From Ruminococcaceae bacterium UBA6353 (GTDB lineage: Bacteria > Bacillota > Clostridia > Oscillospirales > Acutalibacteraceae), in the NCBI GenBank assembly GCA_002437905.1, contig DJRT01000014.1, forward strand, positions 55,917 to 119,916: 64,000 nucleotides of DNA. The letters are read 5' to 3'. The notes beneath the pieces are model-generated. The model was not told where the DNA came from. It saw only the letters and a list, made by a program, of their open reading frames with translations, and searched no databases. This document shows, piece after piece, positions 8,708 to 17,920 of the stretch. Made by a program: the position numbers and the translations under genes. Position 1 is the first letter of the stretch, and the number at the start of each line of letters is the position of its first letter.

Positions 8708-10333
8708 ATGCTCAAGCTTTTACAGACCTCCTCGCTGGAGAAGGTGCTGCCGCAGACGACCTGCCCGGCAGCGGAGATCACGGGGCTTTCTGCCCTGCGG
8801 GGGGAAACGGTCTTTTATCAGGTGGCCTACTGCGCAAATGAGCCGAAGGAATATACGGTCAGCGTGCAATCGGCGGTGGCCGAGCATGTGCGGCTGTATG
8901 CGGTGCGCTGCGTGCCGGTGTATCTGGCTACCTTCAGCTTTGCCATGGACGACCCAAACTACATCAGCCACAACGGCGGGCTGTACCCGGATCACCTGCA
9001 GCCGCTGGTGCAGCCCACGGTGAAGGCCTATTCCGGCTATGAGGCGCTGTGGGTGGAGCTGTCCGGCGATCTGCCGGCCGGCGACCATACGGTTACGCTG
9101 GTGTTTTCGGCGGCCGATGGCGAGCGGCAGGAGACCACCTTCTGCCTGCACACCATAGATGCCGCGCTGCCGCCGCAGGAGCTGCAGTACACCCAGTGGT
9201 TCCACACCGATTGCATCAGCACCTATTACGGGGTGGAGGCTTTCTCTGAGGAGCACTGGGTGCTGATTGAAAAATTCATCCGCATGGCGGCGGAAAACGG
9301 GGTGAACATGCTGCTGACCCCCATCTTCACCCCGCCGCTGGATACGGCTGTGGGCGGTGAGCGCCCGACGGTGCAGCTGGTCGGCATTTCCCGGCGGAAC
9401 GGGCAGTACACATTTGATTTTACCGCCCTGCGGCGCTGGATCGCGCTGGGGGAGCGCTGCGGTATCCGGTATTTTGAGATGGCGCACCTGTTTACCCAGT
9501 GGGGGGCGGAGTACACCCCGAAGATCATGGTGGAGGAGGACGGGGTGCTGCACCGCGCCTTTGGCTGGGATGTGGCGGCGACCGACCCGCGCTATGAGGC
9601 GTTTCTGGATGCTTTCTTGCCGGCGCTGACGGCGGAGCTGCGGGCAGCCGGTGTGGCTGAACGCACGGTTTTTCACATCTCCGATGAGCCGGAGGAAGGG
9701 CACCTGGAAAGCTATACGGCGGCCAAGCGCCTGGCCGAAAAGCATCTGCAGGGCTTCCGGATGATGGATGCCCTGTCCTCCTATGCCTTTTATTCCCGTG
9801 GGCTGGTGGCGCACCCGGTTGTGGCCACCACGGCCATCGGCACCTTTATTGAGCATGATGTGCGGCCGCTGTGGGCGTACTATTGCTGCGGGCAGGTGGC
9901 TGGCTGCTCCAACCGCCTGATGGCCATGCCCTCCTGGCGTACCCGGTTTATCGCCTATCCGCTGTTCAAATTTGCGGCGGAGGGCTTCCTGCAGTGGGGC
10001 TACAATTTCTATTATACGCAGTTTTCTACGCGGCCGGTGGATCCCTTTACCGAAACGGATGCCGGCCACGCTTTCCCGGCTGGCGATGCCTTCTCGGTGT
10101 ATCCCGGCCCGCAGGGGCCGGAGCCGTCGCTGCGGCTGTTTGTGTTCCGCGAGGCGCTGCAGGATCTGCGGGCTATGCGTCTGCTGGAGGGAATGATGGG
10201 GCATGAGGCTCTGGTGAAGCTGCTGGAGGAGATTGCCGGGGAGACGATCACCTTTGGCCACTGTGCGCAGGAAGCGGCAACGGTGCTGGCCATGCGTGCC
10301 CGCGTGAATGCGGAAATTGAAAAGCGGCTGTGA
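8708..10333 (+). CDS. DUF4091-type protein (putative glycoside hydrolase-like)
   Basis: 541 aa. The N-terminus MLKLLQTSSLEKVLPQ... and overall Trp/Phe-rich pattern match my memory of DUF4091 proteins. Divergent from the GH78-like gene. No signal peptide. Confidence 0.6.
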   Translation: MLKLLQTSSLEKVLPQTTCPAAEITGLSALRGETVFYQVAYCANEPKEYTVSVQSAVAEHVRLYAVRCVPVYLATFSFAMDDPNYISHNGGLYPDHLQPLVQPTVKAYSGYEALWVELSGDLPAGDHTVTLVFSAADGERQETTFCLHTIDAALPPQELQYTQWFHTDCISTYYGVEAFSEEHWVLIEKFIRMAAENGVNMLLTPIFTPPLDTAVGGERPTVQLVGISRRNGQYTFDFTALRRWIALGERCGIRYFEMAHLFTQWGAEYTPKIMVEEDGVLHRAFGWDVAATDPRYEAFLDAFLPALTAELRAAGVAERTVFHISDEPEEGHLESYTAAKRLAEKHLQGFRMMDALSSYAFYSRGLVAHPVVATTAIGTFIEHDVRPLWAYYCCGQVAGCSNRLMAMPSWRTRFIAYPLFKFAAEGFLQWGYNFYYTQFSTRPVDPFTETDAGHAFPAGDAFSVYPGPQGPEPSLRLFVFREALQDLRAMRLLEGMMGHEALVKLLEEIAGETITFGHCAQEAATVLAMRARVNAEIEKRL

Positions 10334-10356
10334 CCGCTGCTGCGGCGAAAGGAAAA

Positions 10357-10429
10357 AGGGGGAGCGCCCGTATGGGTGCTCCCCCTTTGTTTGCCGGTGG
10401 GAGGCGGGGTGATTTGCCCCGCCGTTTTT
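10357..10429. terminator. Tandem hairpin terminators between convergent genes
   Basis: AGGGGGAGCGCCC GTAT GGGTGCTCCCCCT (10357-10386) is flanked by an A-run and TTTGTTTG, so it can act bidirectionally. A second hairpin GGCGGGG...CCCCGCC is followed by GTTTTT (10403-10429). Confidence 0.7.
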
Positions 10430-10560
10430 CTTGTGGATACAGTGTTTTGGTTACACCTGTCCGGTGGGGCTTTTGGTTGGGATGAAGACCTTTGTTATGG
10501 CCGCTGCGGCGATCAGCACTACCGGAAAGAGGCTGCCGGCCAGCAAGCCGGCATGCATGG

Positions 10561-11436
10561 CTATTGCCCCTTGCCGATGTCCTCTGCCAGCTTCCGGGCG
10601 GTGGGGGTGGCGGCCAGGCCGCCCAGCCCGGTTTCCCGCAGGCCGGCGGGCAGCGCGTCGCCGATCTCGCCCATGGCGTCGATCACCTCATCGGGCGGGA
10701 TGCGGCTTTCGATGCCGGCCAGTGCCATATTGGCGGCGCTCACGGCGCCCACGGCGCCGATCACATTGCGGCGTACGCAGGGCAGCTCCACCAGGCCGGC
10801 CACCGGGTCGCATACAAGCCCCAGCAGATTGCTCATGGCCAGGGCAAAGGCGTGCGCACACTGGGTGGCCGAGCCCCCCAGCACATGGGTCAGCGCGGCA
10901 GCAGCCATGGCGCTGGCCGTGCCGATCTCTGCCTGACAGCCGCCCTCGGCGCCGGAGACATTGGCGCGGGCGGCTGTGACCTGCCCAAAGCCGGCGGCAA
11001 TGTACAGCGCCTGCAGGATGGTTTCTTCCTCCACGCTGCCGTCTTCGGCCAGGGGCAGCAGTACGGCCGGCAGCACGCCGCAGCTTCCGGCTGTGGGGGC
11101 GGCGACGATCCGCTTCATGCAGGCGTTGCACTCGGCAATCTTCAGTGCCTCCTCCGTTACCCGCAGCAGGTAGCTGCCGCCCAGCAGCCGCCCCGCCTGC
11201 GCCGCCTGCCGCAGCCGGTCGGCATCGCCGCCGCTCAGCCCGCTGACAGAGCGGTCATCGGCGCGGTATTGCTGGCTGGATTGCTGCATGGCCGCCCACA
11301 GCGCCGCCATGCGTTCGCGGGAGTGGGCCGGCGTATAGCCGTTCTCGGCGCAATCGTCCGCGCAGATTACGGCGTAAAGGGGCTGCCCTGCCGCTTTGGC
11401 CGCCTCCAGCATGGCGGCAATGGCCGTGTAACTCAT
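10561..11436 (-). CDS. sdaAA: L-serine ammonia-lyase (iron-sulfur type), alpha subunit
   Basis: Begins MSYTAIAAMLEAAKA..., and the Gly/Ala-rich core with CxxxxC segments is typical of SdaAA. RBS GGAGGAG precedes the ATG at 11436. Overlaps the sdaAB stop by 4 nt. Confidence 0.85.
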   Translation of the reverse strand: MSYTAIAAMLEAAKAAGQPLYAVICADDCAENGYTPAHSRERMAALWAAMQQSSQQYRADDRSVSGLSGGDADRLRQAAQAGRLLGGSYLLRVTEEALKIAECNACMKRIVAAPTAGSCGVLPAVLLPLAEDGSVEEETILQALYIAAGFGQVTAARANVSGAEGGCQAEIGTASAMAAAALTHVLGGSATQCAHAFALAMSNLLGLVCDPVAGLVELPCVRRNVIGAVGAVSAANMALAGIESRIPPDEVIDAMGEIGDALPAGLRETGLGGLAATPTARKLAEDIGKGQ

Positions 11437-12101
11437 AGGCTCTCCTCCTGATTGAATATCGTGATCTTGCGGATGCCGGGGATGTGGGAGAGCCACTGCC
11501 CGATATCCGTCGGGATGGGCTGGTCACACTCCAGGATCATCACTGCATAGCCGCCCTGCCGGCTGCGGTAGAGCTGCATGGTGGCAATATTCACCTGCCG
11601 CTGCATCAGGGCGGCGGTTACGGCCGCCACATGCCCCGGCTCGTCCTGGTTGTGGACGATAAGGGTGTTGTGCTCACCGGAAAAGTTGGCATCAATGCCG
11701 TCAATGCTGCGGATGTGGATGCGGCCGCCGCCGATGCTCTCCGCCACCACATCCAGTGTGCGGCCGGTGCGGCCGGTCAGCTGCAGGCGGGCGGTATTGG
11801 GGTGTGCGCCGCGCAGCTGGATCGTTTCAAAGGTGTAGTGCAGCCCCTGTTCGGCTGCCAGCGCGAGGCTGTGCGGTATGCGGAGATCATCCGGCTGCAT
11901 CCCCAGCAGGCCGGCGATCAGAGCGCAATCGGTGCCGTGGCCGTGCCCGGTCAGGGCAAAGCTGCCGTGCAGCCCGATGGCGGCCTGCACCGGCGGCTCC
12001 CCCAGCAGCTTGCGTGCTGCCAGCCCAATGCGCACGGCGCCGGCCGTGTGGCTGCTGGAGGGGCCGACCATCACCGGCCCCAGAATATCAAACAGGCGCA
12101 T
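11433..12101 (-). CDS. sdaAB: L-serine ammonia-lyase, beta subunit (with ACT-like C-domain)
   Basis: MRLFDILGPVMVGPSSSHTAGAVRIG is the hallmark SdaAB N-terminus. RBS AAGGAGAG precedes the ATG at 12101. The longer ORF to 12362 has no RBS and runs into the pfkA terminator. Confidence 0.88.
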   Translation of the reverse strand: MRLFDILGPVMVGPSSSHTAGAVRIGLAARKLLGEPPVQAAIGLHGSFALTGHGHGTDCALIAGLLGMQPDDLRIPHSLALAAEQGLHYTFETIQLRGAHPNTARLQLTGRTGRTLDVVAESIGGGRIHIRSIDGIDANFSGEHNTLIVHNQDEPGHVAAVTAALMQRQVNIATMQLYRSRQGGYAVMILECDQPIPTDIGQWLSHIPGIRKITIFNQEESL

Positions 12102-12253
12102 ATGCTCACTCTCCTTGTTTGCCGCCCGGTTTTGAAAAGGCTTGTTTTCAGCAGTATAGCACGACTTTGCTCCGCATGCAACTGCTGCACAGGGGGAAGA
12201 GCGTATTTTTTTGCCGGCGGGCAATGGAACGGTGCCGCAGGGGGAAGGCTTCG

Positions 12254-12297
12254 AGAAAAAAACGGAAAACTCCCCGCTGCCTGCCGGCAACGGGGAG
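12254..12297 (-). terminator. Terminator of pfkA
   Basis: CTCCCCG...CGGGGAG hairpin 22 nt past the pfkA stop, followed on the minus strand by TTTTCCGTTTTTTT. Confidence 0.65.
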
Positions 12298-12318
12298 CTT
12301 TTTTCTCCTGTTTTATGC

Positions 12319-13281
12319 TCAGATAGAAATATCGTAGGCCATCCGATACATATCCATATCAAAGGGCTTCTTCATTTCCAGCGCCTCAGTGATGTCGAAA
12401 TCGCACACATGGTTGTTCTGGATCGCCACGATGCGGTTGCTCTTGCCCTGCTGCAGCAGCTGCACGGCATAGTGCCCCATCTGGCTGGCCAGAATGCGGT
12501 CGCGGGCCGAGGGGCTGCCGCCGCGCTGCACATGCCCCAGCACGGTTGCACGGGATTCCACGCCGGTGGCCTCCTCGATCTTCTCGGCGATCTCGCCGAC
12601 ATGGCCTACGCCCTCAGCCACGATGATGATGAAGTGGTGCTTGCCGGTGGCGGCGGTGGCCTGCATGCGATCCACGATGTCCCGCTGGAAATCGTAGGGC
12701 ACCTCCGGTACGAGGATGCTGGTGGCGCCCACGGCGATGCCGGCGCTCAGTGCCAGCCAGCCGGCGCGGCGGCCCATTACCTCGACCACGCTGCAGCGGT
12801 CGTGGGACTGGGAGGTGTCGCGCAGCTTATCGACCATCTCCACCACGGTGTTGGTGGCGGTATCGTAGCCGATGGTGGACTCGCAGCAGGAAATATCGTT
12901 ATCAATGGTGCCGGGCAGGCCAATGCAGGGCACGCCGTGCGCGGTCAGATCGCGGGCGCCGCGGAAGGAGCCGTCGCCGCCGATCACCACCACGCCCTCG
13001 ATGCCATGGCGTGCGCAGGTATCCACTGCCTTCTGCATACCCTCTTCCGTGCAGAATTCGGGGCTGCGGGCGGTGTACAGCACTGTGCCGCCGCGGTGGA
13101 TGGTGTCGGAAACCGAGCGCAGATCCATGGGGATCAGCTCGTCCCGGATCAGGCCGTTGTAGCCGCGTACCACGCCGAATACCTCCATGCCGTCATGCAG
13201 GCCGGTGCGGACAACGGCGCGCACGGCTGCGTTCATGCCGGGGGCGTCGCCGCCGCTGGTCAGAACCGCGATCTTTTTCAT
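12319..13281 (-). CDS. pfkA: ATP-dependent 6-phosphofructokinase
   Basis: MKKIAVLTSGGDAPGMNAAVRAVV plus GGDGS, TIDND and PRIVAIQNN-like motifs. RBS AAGGAGAG. Confidence 0.95.
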   Translation of the reverse strand: MKKIAVLTSGGDAPGMNAAVRAVVRTGLHDGMEVFGVVRGYNGLIRDELIPMDLRSVSDTIHRGGTVLYTARSPEFCTEEGMQKAVDTCARHGIEGVVVIGGDGSFRGARDLTAHGVPCIGLPGTIDNDISCCESTIGYDTATNTVVEMVDKLRDTSQSHDRCSVVEVMGRRAGWLALSAGIAVGATSILVPEVPYDFQRDIVDRMQATAATGKHHFIIIVAEGVGHVGEIAEKIEEATGVESRATVLGHVQRGGSPSARDRILASQMGHYAVQLLQQGKSNRIVAIQNNHVCDFDITEALEMKKPFDMDMYRMAYDISI

Positions 13282-13535
13282 AGTGATCTCTCCTTAAAAA
13301 TGATAGAGCCTGAAAAAATGCTTCAGGCGAGGGGGCGTGCCCGGCCCGCAGGCCGGCCTTGTCCCACCCGTTCATCCTTATTCTATCCTGCCGTCCGGGG
13401 TTTGACAATGGATTTTTAGGTCGGCCGGATGGATTTTTGTTGCACCGCCAGGAGGCCGGAAAGCGGCTGCAAAAGATGGTAAAGCGCACACAAAGAAAAA
13501 ATTCACCATATTTTATATTTCTTGCCCAAAAAAGC

Positions 13536-13564
13536 TGTACAAACCGGAAATTTTTTGCTATAAT
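13536..13564 (+). promoter_or_regulatory. Extended -10 promoter for the cytidylate-kinase-like gene
   Basis: TGTACA (-35-like), 17-nt spacer, then TGcTATAAT (13556-13564), within an AT-rich divergent intergenic region. Confidence 0.5.
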
Positions 13565-13629
13565 ATACCACAGAAAGACCGGAGGACCCTTTCGTAACGG
13601 GTCATCCAGAATATAAGGAGGTCATTGGG

Positions 13630-14268
13630 ATGAAACATGGAACGATTATCACGATCGGGCGGCAGTGCGGCAGCGGCGGCCATGAGATCGGCCGCAAGCT
13701 GGCGGAAAAGCTGGGGGTGCCCTGCTATGATAAGGAGCTGCTGCGGCTGGCTGCGGAGCACAGCGGCCTGGCACCGGAGAATTTTGAGCTGTACGACGAG
13801 GTGCCGACCAACAGCCTGTTGTATTCCCTCTCGCTCGGCAACTACGGCATGGCGATGGGGCAGTACGATATGCCCATCCACCAGAAGATCTTTCTGGCGC
13901 AGTTTGATACCATCCAGAAGCTGGCGGATAAGGGCGAAAGCTGCGTGATCATCGGCCGGTGTGCCGACTATGCGCTGGCCAAGCGGCAGCAGGTCATCAA
14001 TGTCTTTCTGCGTGCTGACCCCAAGGCACGCACCAAGCGGCTGGTGGAGCAGTATGCCGACCTGACCGAGAAGAAAGCAGCCGATCAGATGGTGAAGACC
14101 GATAAGCGCCGCGCCAGCTACCACAATTTCTATGCCGATACCCGCTGGGGCAACAGCGAAAGCTACGATCTGGTGCTGGACAGCCTGAAGCTGGGCATCG
14201 ACCAGACGGTGGACCTGCTGGCGGCCTACGCCGAGCTGCGTTTCCCCTCGGAAGAAGAAGAAAAATAA
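13630..14268 (+). CDS. Cytidylate kinase-like family protein
   Basis: MKHGTIITIGRQCGSGGHEIGRKLAEKLGVPCYDKELL matches the P-loop-like start of this family. RBS AAGGAGG. Confidence 0.8.
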   Translation: MKHGTIITIGRQCGSGGHEIGRKLAEKLGVPCYDKELLRLAAEHSGLAPENFELYDEVPTNSLLYSLSLGNYGMAMGQYDMPIHQKIFLAQFDTIQKLADKGESCVIIGRCADYALAKRQQVINVFLRADPKARTKRLVEQYADLTEKKAADQMVKTDKRRASYHNFYADTRWGNSESYDLVLDSLKLGIDQTVDLLAAYAELRFPSEEEEK

Positions 14269-14298
14269 GCCTTCCTCGCAATACCAATATACAGAAAC

Positions 14299-14350
14299 AA
14301 AACCGCGGCGGTGTGTCCGGATAGGACGCGCCGCCGCGGTTTTTGGTTTT
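14299..14350. terminator. Bidirectional terminator between convergent genes
   Basis: AAAACCGCGGCGG ... CCGCCGCGGTTTTT inverted repeat with A-run and T-run flanks, lying between the stops at 14268 (+) and 14356 (-). Confidence 0.75.
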
Positions 14351-14355
14351 GGCTC

Positions 14356-17300
14356 TTATTCGGTACGCAGGGCGACCACCGGATCCTTGCGGGCGGCGCT
14401 GCGGGAGGGAATGATGCCGGAGATGAGCGTCAGGCCGACGCTGATCGCGATCAGCACCAGCGCATCCGGCAGGGGCAGGTAGGCGCTGAGGTTGCTGATG
14501 CCGGTGAGATGGTGGATCAGCAGATTGATCGGGATGCACAGCAGATAGGTCAGCAGCACGCCGATGCCGCCGGCAGTGAAGCCGATGATGATGGTCTCGG
14601 CATTGAACATGCCGGACACATCCCGTTTGGAGGCACCGATCGCCCGCAGAATGCCGATCTCCTTGGTGCGCTCCTGCACCGAAATGAGGGTGATGACCCC
14701 AATCATGATGGAGGAAACGATCAGCGAGATGGCCACAAAGGCGATCAGCACATAGGTGATGGCGTTGATGATGGTGGTCACGGAGGACATCATGATCCCC
14801 ACATAGTCGGTGTACGCAATGCGGGAAAGCTCGCCCACCTGCTCATTGTAGGCGGCGATGGCGTCCTCGATGGCATCTTTGTCGGCAAAGGCGGCGGCGT
14901 ACAGGTTGATGGCTGTCGGCTTGTCGGCGTCCGCCTTGCCCAGCTTGACCAGATTTTCCTCATAGGTGGAATCGGAGAACTGCAGCACAGCGTCGTAGTA
15001 GGCGGCGCACTGTGCCGGGGTGTAGGTGTCCAGCGCGGCGGTCATGGCGGCGGCCAGCTGGGCATTGCTCATGCCGGCCAGCTGGGCTTTGACCCCAGCG
15101 GCATACTGCGCCTTGACCTGCTCCTCGACCGCGGTGCGGAAGGTAGCGGCCAGATCCTCGTCACTCATGGAGCTGAGGTAGCTTTTCAGTGTATCGCTGT
15201 TCACGCTCATCTGCTGGCTCATAGCGGTCAGCATGGCCTCCTCCATGGCGGCCCTGTCCGCAGAGCCGGCGGTCTGGGCAACGGCGGCATCCAGCTGCTC
15301 CTGTGAGGGGATGCTCATGATGGCGGTGTAGGTGGCAGCCTTGCCGGCCTCATCCTGCGCCTGTACGGTCTGTTGGAAAATGGTCTGCTTTTCCTCGTCC
15401 GTGAGGGCAGCGGAGGCATCCTTGAAGCGCAGGCCGGTGAAAATATCGGTGGCCGGATCGGCCTGCTGCGCTTTCACGGCGGCCGAATCGTTCGCCTGCG
15501 CAATAATGTAGTCGGTCAGCGCCGTGGTGTAGCCGATCGAGCCGGTCAGCATGGCGGAAACCGCCTCCTCGCTGGGGCGGATGATGCCGACCACCTTAAG
15601 GGTCAGGCCGTTATCGTAGAGGTACTTCATCCCGGCCTCGCTTTCCCGCAGGTCGGTGTAGGTGCCGGAGGCGCCGTCGGCTGTGTAGCAGACCGCGGCC
15701 GGCACGGTGCGCAGCGGGGTGGCGCAGATCTCCTCATAGCTCCAGTGACGGTCACTCTTCTCCAGCGGGGTCTTATCCACGGCCGCCTTCATGATGGCGT
15801 CGATATCCTCGCGGCTTTTCAGACCCAGCGCGTACAGCGTCATATCGTCCAGCTCGTTGTTTTCATCCACCACCAGCACGACCTCATCATATGCCTGCGG
15901 CCAGCTGCCGTAAATGACATCATACTGCTTTTTCAGCAGGGGGCTGACTGCGGAACCGTCCTCGCCGGGCAGCATCTCCTGCCACATGCCGGTCGACTGC
16001 CCCATGCCGCCGAACAGGCTGCTCAGGGAGCCGCTTTGGCTGGCGGCGGTGCGGTTGGCCATGTCGGTGCCCATGTATTGGGCAATCAGCTCCTGCATCA
16101 GCTCGGTGGTGTCCGAGCGCACAACGCTGCCGTCCGGGGACTTGGTGTATACCTGCAGCTGCAGGTCATAGCTGTACTGCACGCCGCTGACCGCTGCACG
16201 CAGGCCGGTGGCGTCGTTTTCATCCGCCAGGTGCTGCTCCAGATAGCTTTTGAAGGAGGCCAGGTCATTTTTGTCTTCCTCCAGCTGGTTAAGGGAGTTG
16301 ATCAGATCGTAGATGACGGCCTTTTGGTAAACGGCATCGTTTTCATGGGTGCTGTCGGCCTTGGCGCTGTTGACAAAAATGTTCAGCAGCGAGGTGGCAT
16401 CCACATGGGTGGCCTCCAGCGTGAGCGGGTAGGAGGCCAGTGTGTCCTCCTGCAGGGCGCTGATGTAGGCGTTCATCCCACGGGAAACCGACAGGATCAG
16501 GGCAATGCCGATGATGCCGATGCTGCCGGCGAAGCTGGTCAGGATCGTGCGGCCCTTTTTGGTAAACAGGTTCTTCAATGACAGGCCGAAGGAGGTAAAG
16601 AAGGACATGGAGGGCTTCTTCTCCTTCTTTTTGCCACGCTTGGCCGCCTTTTCCTGTTCCAGGGCCTGTTCGGCGGCCAGCTCCTGCTCGGTCAGCGGGG
16701 CGCTGTCGCCGGTTACCTGCCCGTCCAGCATACGCACAATGCGGGTGGAATACTGCTCTGCCAGCGCTGGGTTGTGCGTGACCATAATGACCAGGCGATC
16801 CTTTGCTACCTGCTTGAGCAGCTCCATCACCTGCACGCTGGTCTCGGTATCCAGCGCACCGGTCGGCTCGTCCGCCAGGATGATATCCGGGTTATTGACC
16901 AGCGCGCGGGCAATGGCCACCCGCTGCATCTGGCCGCCGGACATCTGCCCCGGCTTTTTGCGCAGCTGGGAGCCGAGCCCCACCTGCTCCAGCGCCGCTT
17001 TGGCGCGCCGGCGGCGTTCCGCCTTGGATACGCCGGAAAGGGTCAGCGCCAGCTCCACATTCTGCAGCACCGTCTGGTGGGGAATGAGATTGTAGCTCTG
17101 GAAAACAAAGCCGATGGTGTGGTTGCGGTAGGTATCCCAATCCCGGCTGCCAAAATCGCGGGTGGAGCGGCCGTTGATGATCAGATCACCGCTGGTGTAG
17201 CGGTCCAGCCCACCCACAATGTTCAGCAGGGTGGTCTTGCCGCAGCCGGATTGGCCGAGGATAGAGACAAACTCATTGTGGCGGAAGGCGATGCTGACAC

Positions 17301-17367
17301 CGCGCAGCGCCGGCACCGCCATATCGCCGCTGCCGTAGGTTTTGACAATATTGCAAAGCTGCAGCAC
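14356..17367 (-). CDS. Fused ABC transporter ATP-binding protein/FtsX-type permease (MacB-like) with a very large extracytoplasmic domain
   Basis: Walker A GQSGCGKTT, signature MSGGQMQRVAIARAL and Walker B ILADEPTGALD, then TM1, about 580 aa of extracytoplasmic sequence, and a C-terminal FtsX domain. I prefer the GTG at 17367 (RBS AAAGGAAAGGAAG) over the ATG at 17391, which has no RBS. Confidence 0.88.
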   Translation of the reverse strand: MLQLCNIVKTYGSGDMAVPALRGVSIAFRHNEFVSILGQSGCGKTTLLNIVGGLDRYTSGDLIINGRSTRDFGSRDWDTYRNHTIGFVFQSYNLIPHQTVLQNVELALTLSGVSKAERRRRAKAALEQVGLGSQLRKKPGQMSGGQMQRVAIARALVNNPDIILADEPTGALDTETSVQVMELLKQVAKDRLVIMVTHNPALAEQYSTRIVRMLDGQVTGDSAPLTEQELAAEQALEQEKAAKRGKKKEKKPSMSFFTSFGLSLKNLFTKKGRTILTSFAGSIGIIGIALILSVSRGMNAYISALQEDTLASYPLTLEATHVDATSLLNIFVNSAKADSTHENDAVYQKAVIYDLINSLNQLEEDKNDLASFKSYLEQHLADENDATGLRAAVSGVQYSYDLQLQVYTKSPDGSVVRSDTTELMQELIAQYMGTDMANRTAASQSGSLSSLFGGMGQSTGMWQEMLPGEDGSAVSPLLKKQYDVIYGSWPQAYDEVVLVVDENNELDDMTLYALGLKSREDIDAIMKAAVDKTPLEKSDRHWSYEEICATPLRTVPAAVCYTADGASGTYTDLRESEAGMKYLYDNGLTLKVVGIIRPSEEAVSAMLTGSIGYTTALTDYIIAQANDSAAVKAQQADPATDIFTGLRFKDASAALTDEEKQTIFQQTVQAQDEAGKAATYTAIMSIPSQEQLDAAVAQTAGSADRAAMEEAMLTAMSQQMSVNSDTLKSYLSSMSDEDLAATFRTAVEEQVKAQYAAGVKAQLAGMSNAQLAAAMTAALDTYTPAQCAAYYDAVLQFSDSTYEENLVKLGKADADKPTAINLYAAAFADKDAIEDAIAAYNEQVGELSRIAYTDYVGIMMSSVTTIINAITYVLIAFVAISLIVSSIMIGVITLISVQERTKEIGILRAIGASKRDVSGMFNAETIIIGFTAGGIGVLLTYLLCIPINLLIHHLTGISNLSAYLPLPDALVLIAISVGLTLISGIIPSRSAARKDPVVALRTE

Positions 17368-17465
17368 AGGGAATCTTCCTTTCCTTTGCATAAACTGAAT
17401 GGCTCTATTCTATCAGGTGCTTGTGAACAGGCTATTAACAGGTTGAAAACAAATGCGGTTTTTCA

Positions 17466-17495
17466 TTGACAAATACCGCCCTTTTCCTCTATAAT
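17466..17495 (+). promoter_or_regulatory. Near-consensus sigma-70 promoter for the small membrane-protein gene
   Basis: TTGACA (17466-17471), 18-nt spacer, TATAAT (17490-17495). Confidence 0.6.
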
Positions 17496-17547
17496 GAGCC
17501 TGTAGGGTCGGCGCGTGCCGGCCAAAACGGAAAGGACGGGAGAAACA

Positions 17548-17751
17548 ATGAAGAATACCACCTGCAATAACAGCAGCCGCAGCGTATGGCAGCTTCTGAT
17601 CGTGCTGCTGGCTGTGCTGGCGGCGCTGGTGGCCGCCCTTGTCAGCGTCCGGCGGCTGACGGTACGGCTGCACCGGCTGTGCCGCGAGCTTAGCTCCCGC
17701 CTGCGGGTGACACCGCGCCCGCTGACGATGGAGTGGGAAGATACCAAATAA
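17548..17751 (+). CDS. Small single-pass membrane protein (67 aa), function unknown
   Basis: ATG at 17548 after GGACGGGAG. One hydrophobic helix (WQLLIVLLAVLAALVAALV) is followed by an Arg-rich tail. The gene is bracketed by a consensus promoter and a strong terminator. Confidence 0.55.
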   Translation: MKNTTCNNSSRSVWQLLIVLLAVLAALVAALVSVRRLTVRLHRLCRELSSRLRVTPRPLTMEWEDTK

Positions 17752-17767
17752 AATGAAAACGGAAAAA

Positions 17768-17816
17768 GCCCTGACCGCTGTACGGCGCGTTCGTACAGCG
17801 GTCAGGGCTTTTTTGT
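17768..17816 (+). terminator. Rho-independent terminator
   Basis: 16-bp stem GCCCTGACCGCTGTAC / GTACAGCGGTCAGGGC followed by TTTTTTG. Confidence 0.85.
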
Positions 17817-17920
17817 TTGCGCCGGCATTTTTGCACGGCGGATTTTTCCAGCGTTTTTGCCGGCTATATGCGACAAACTAAGCCCGGATAATGAAAAAAC
17901 AGGGAGAGGGCGCAGGCGAT

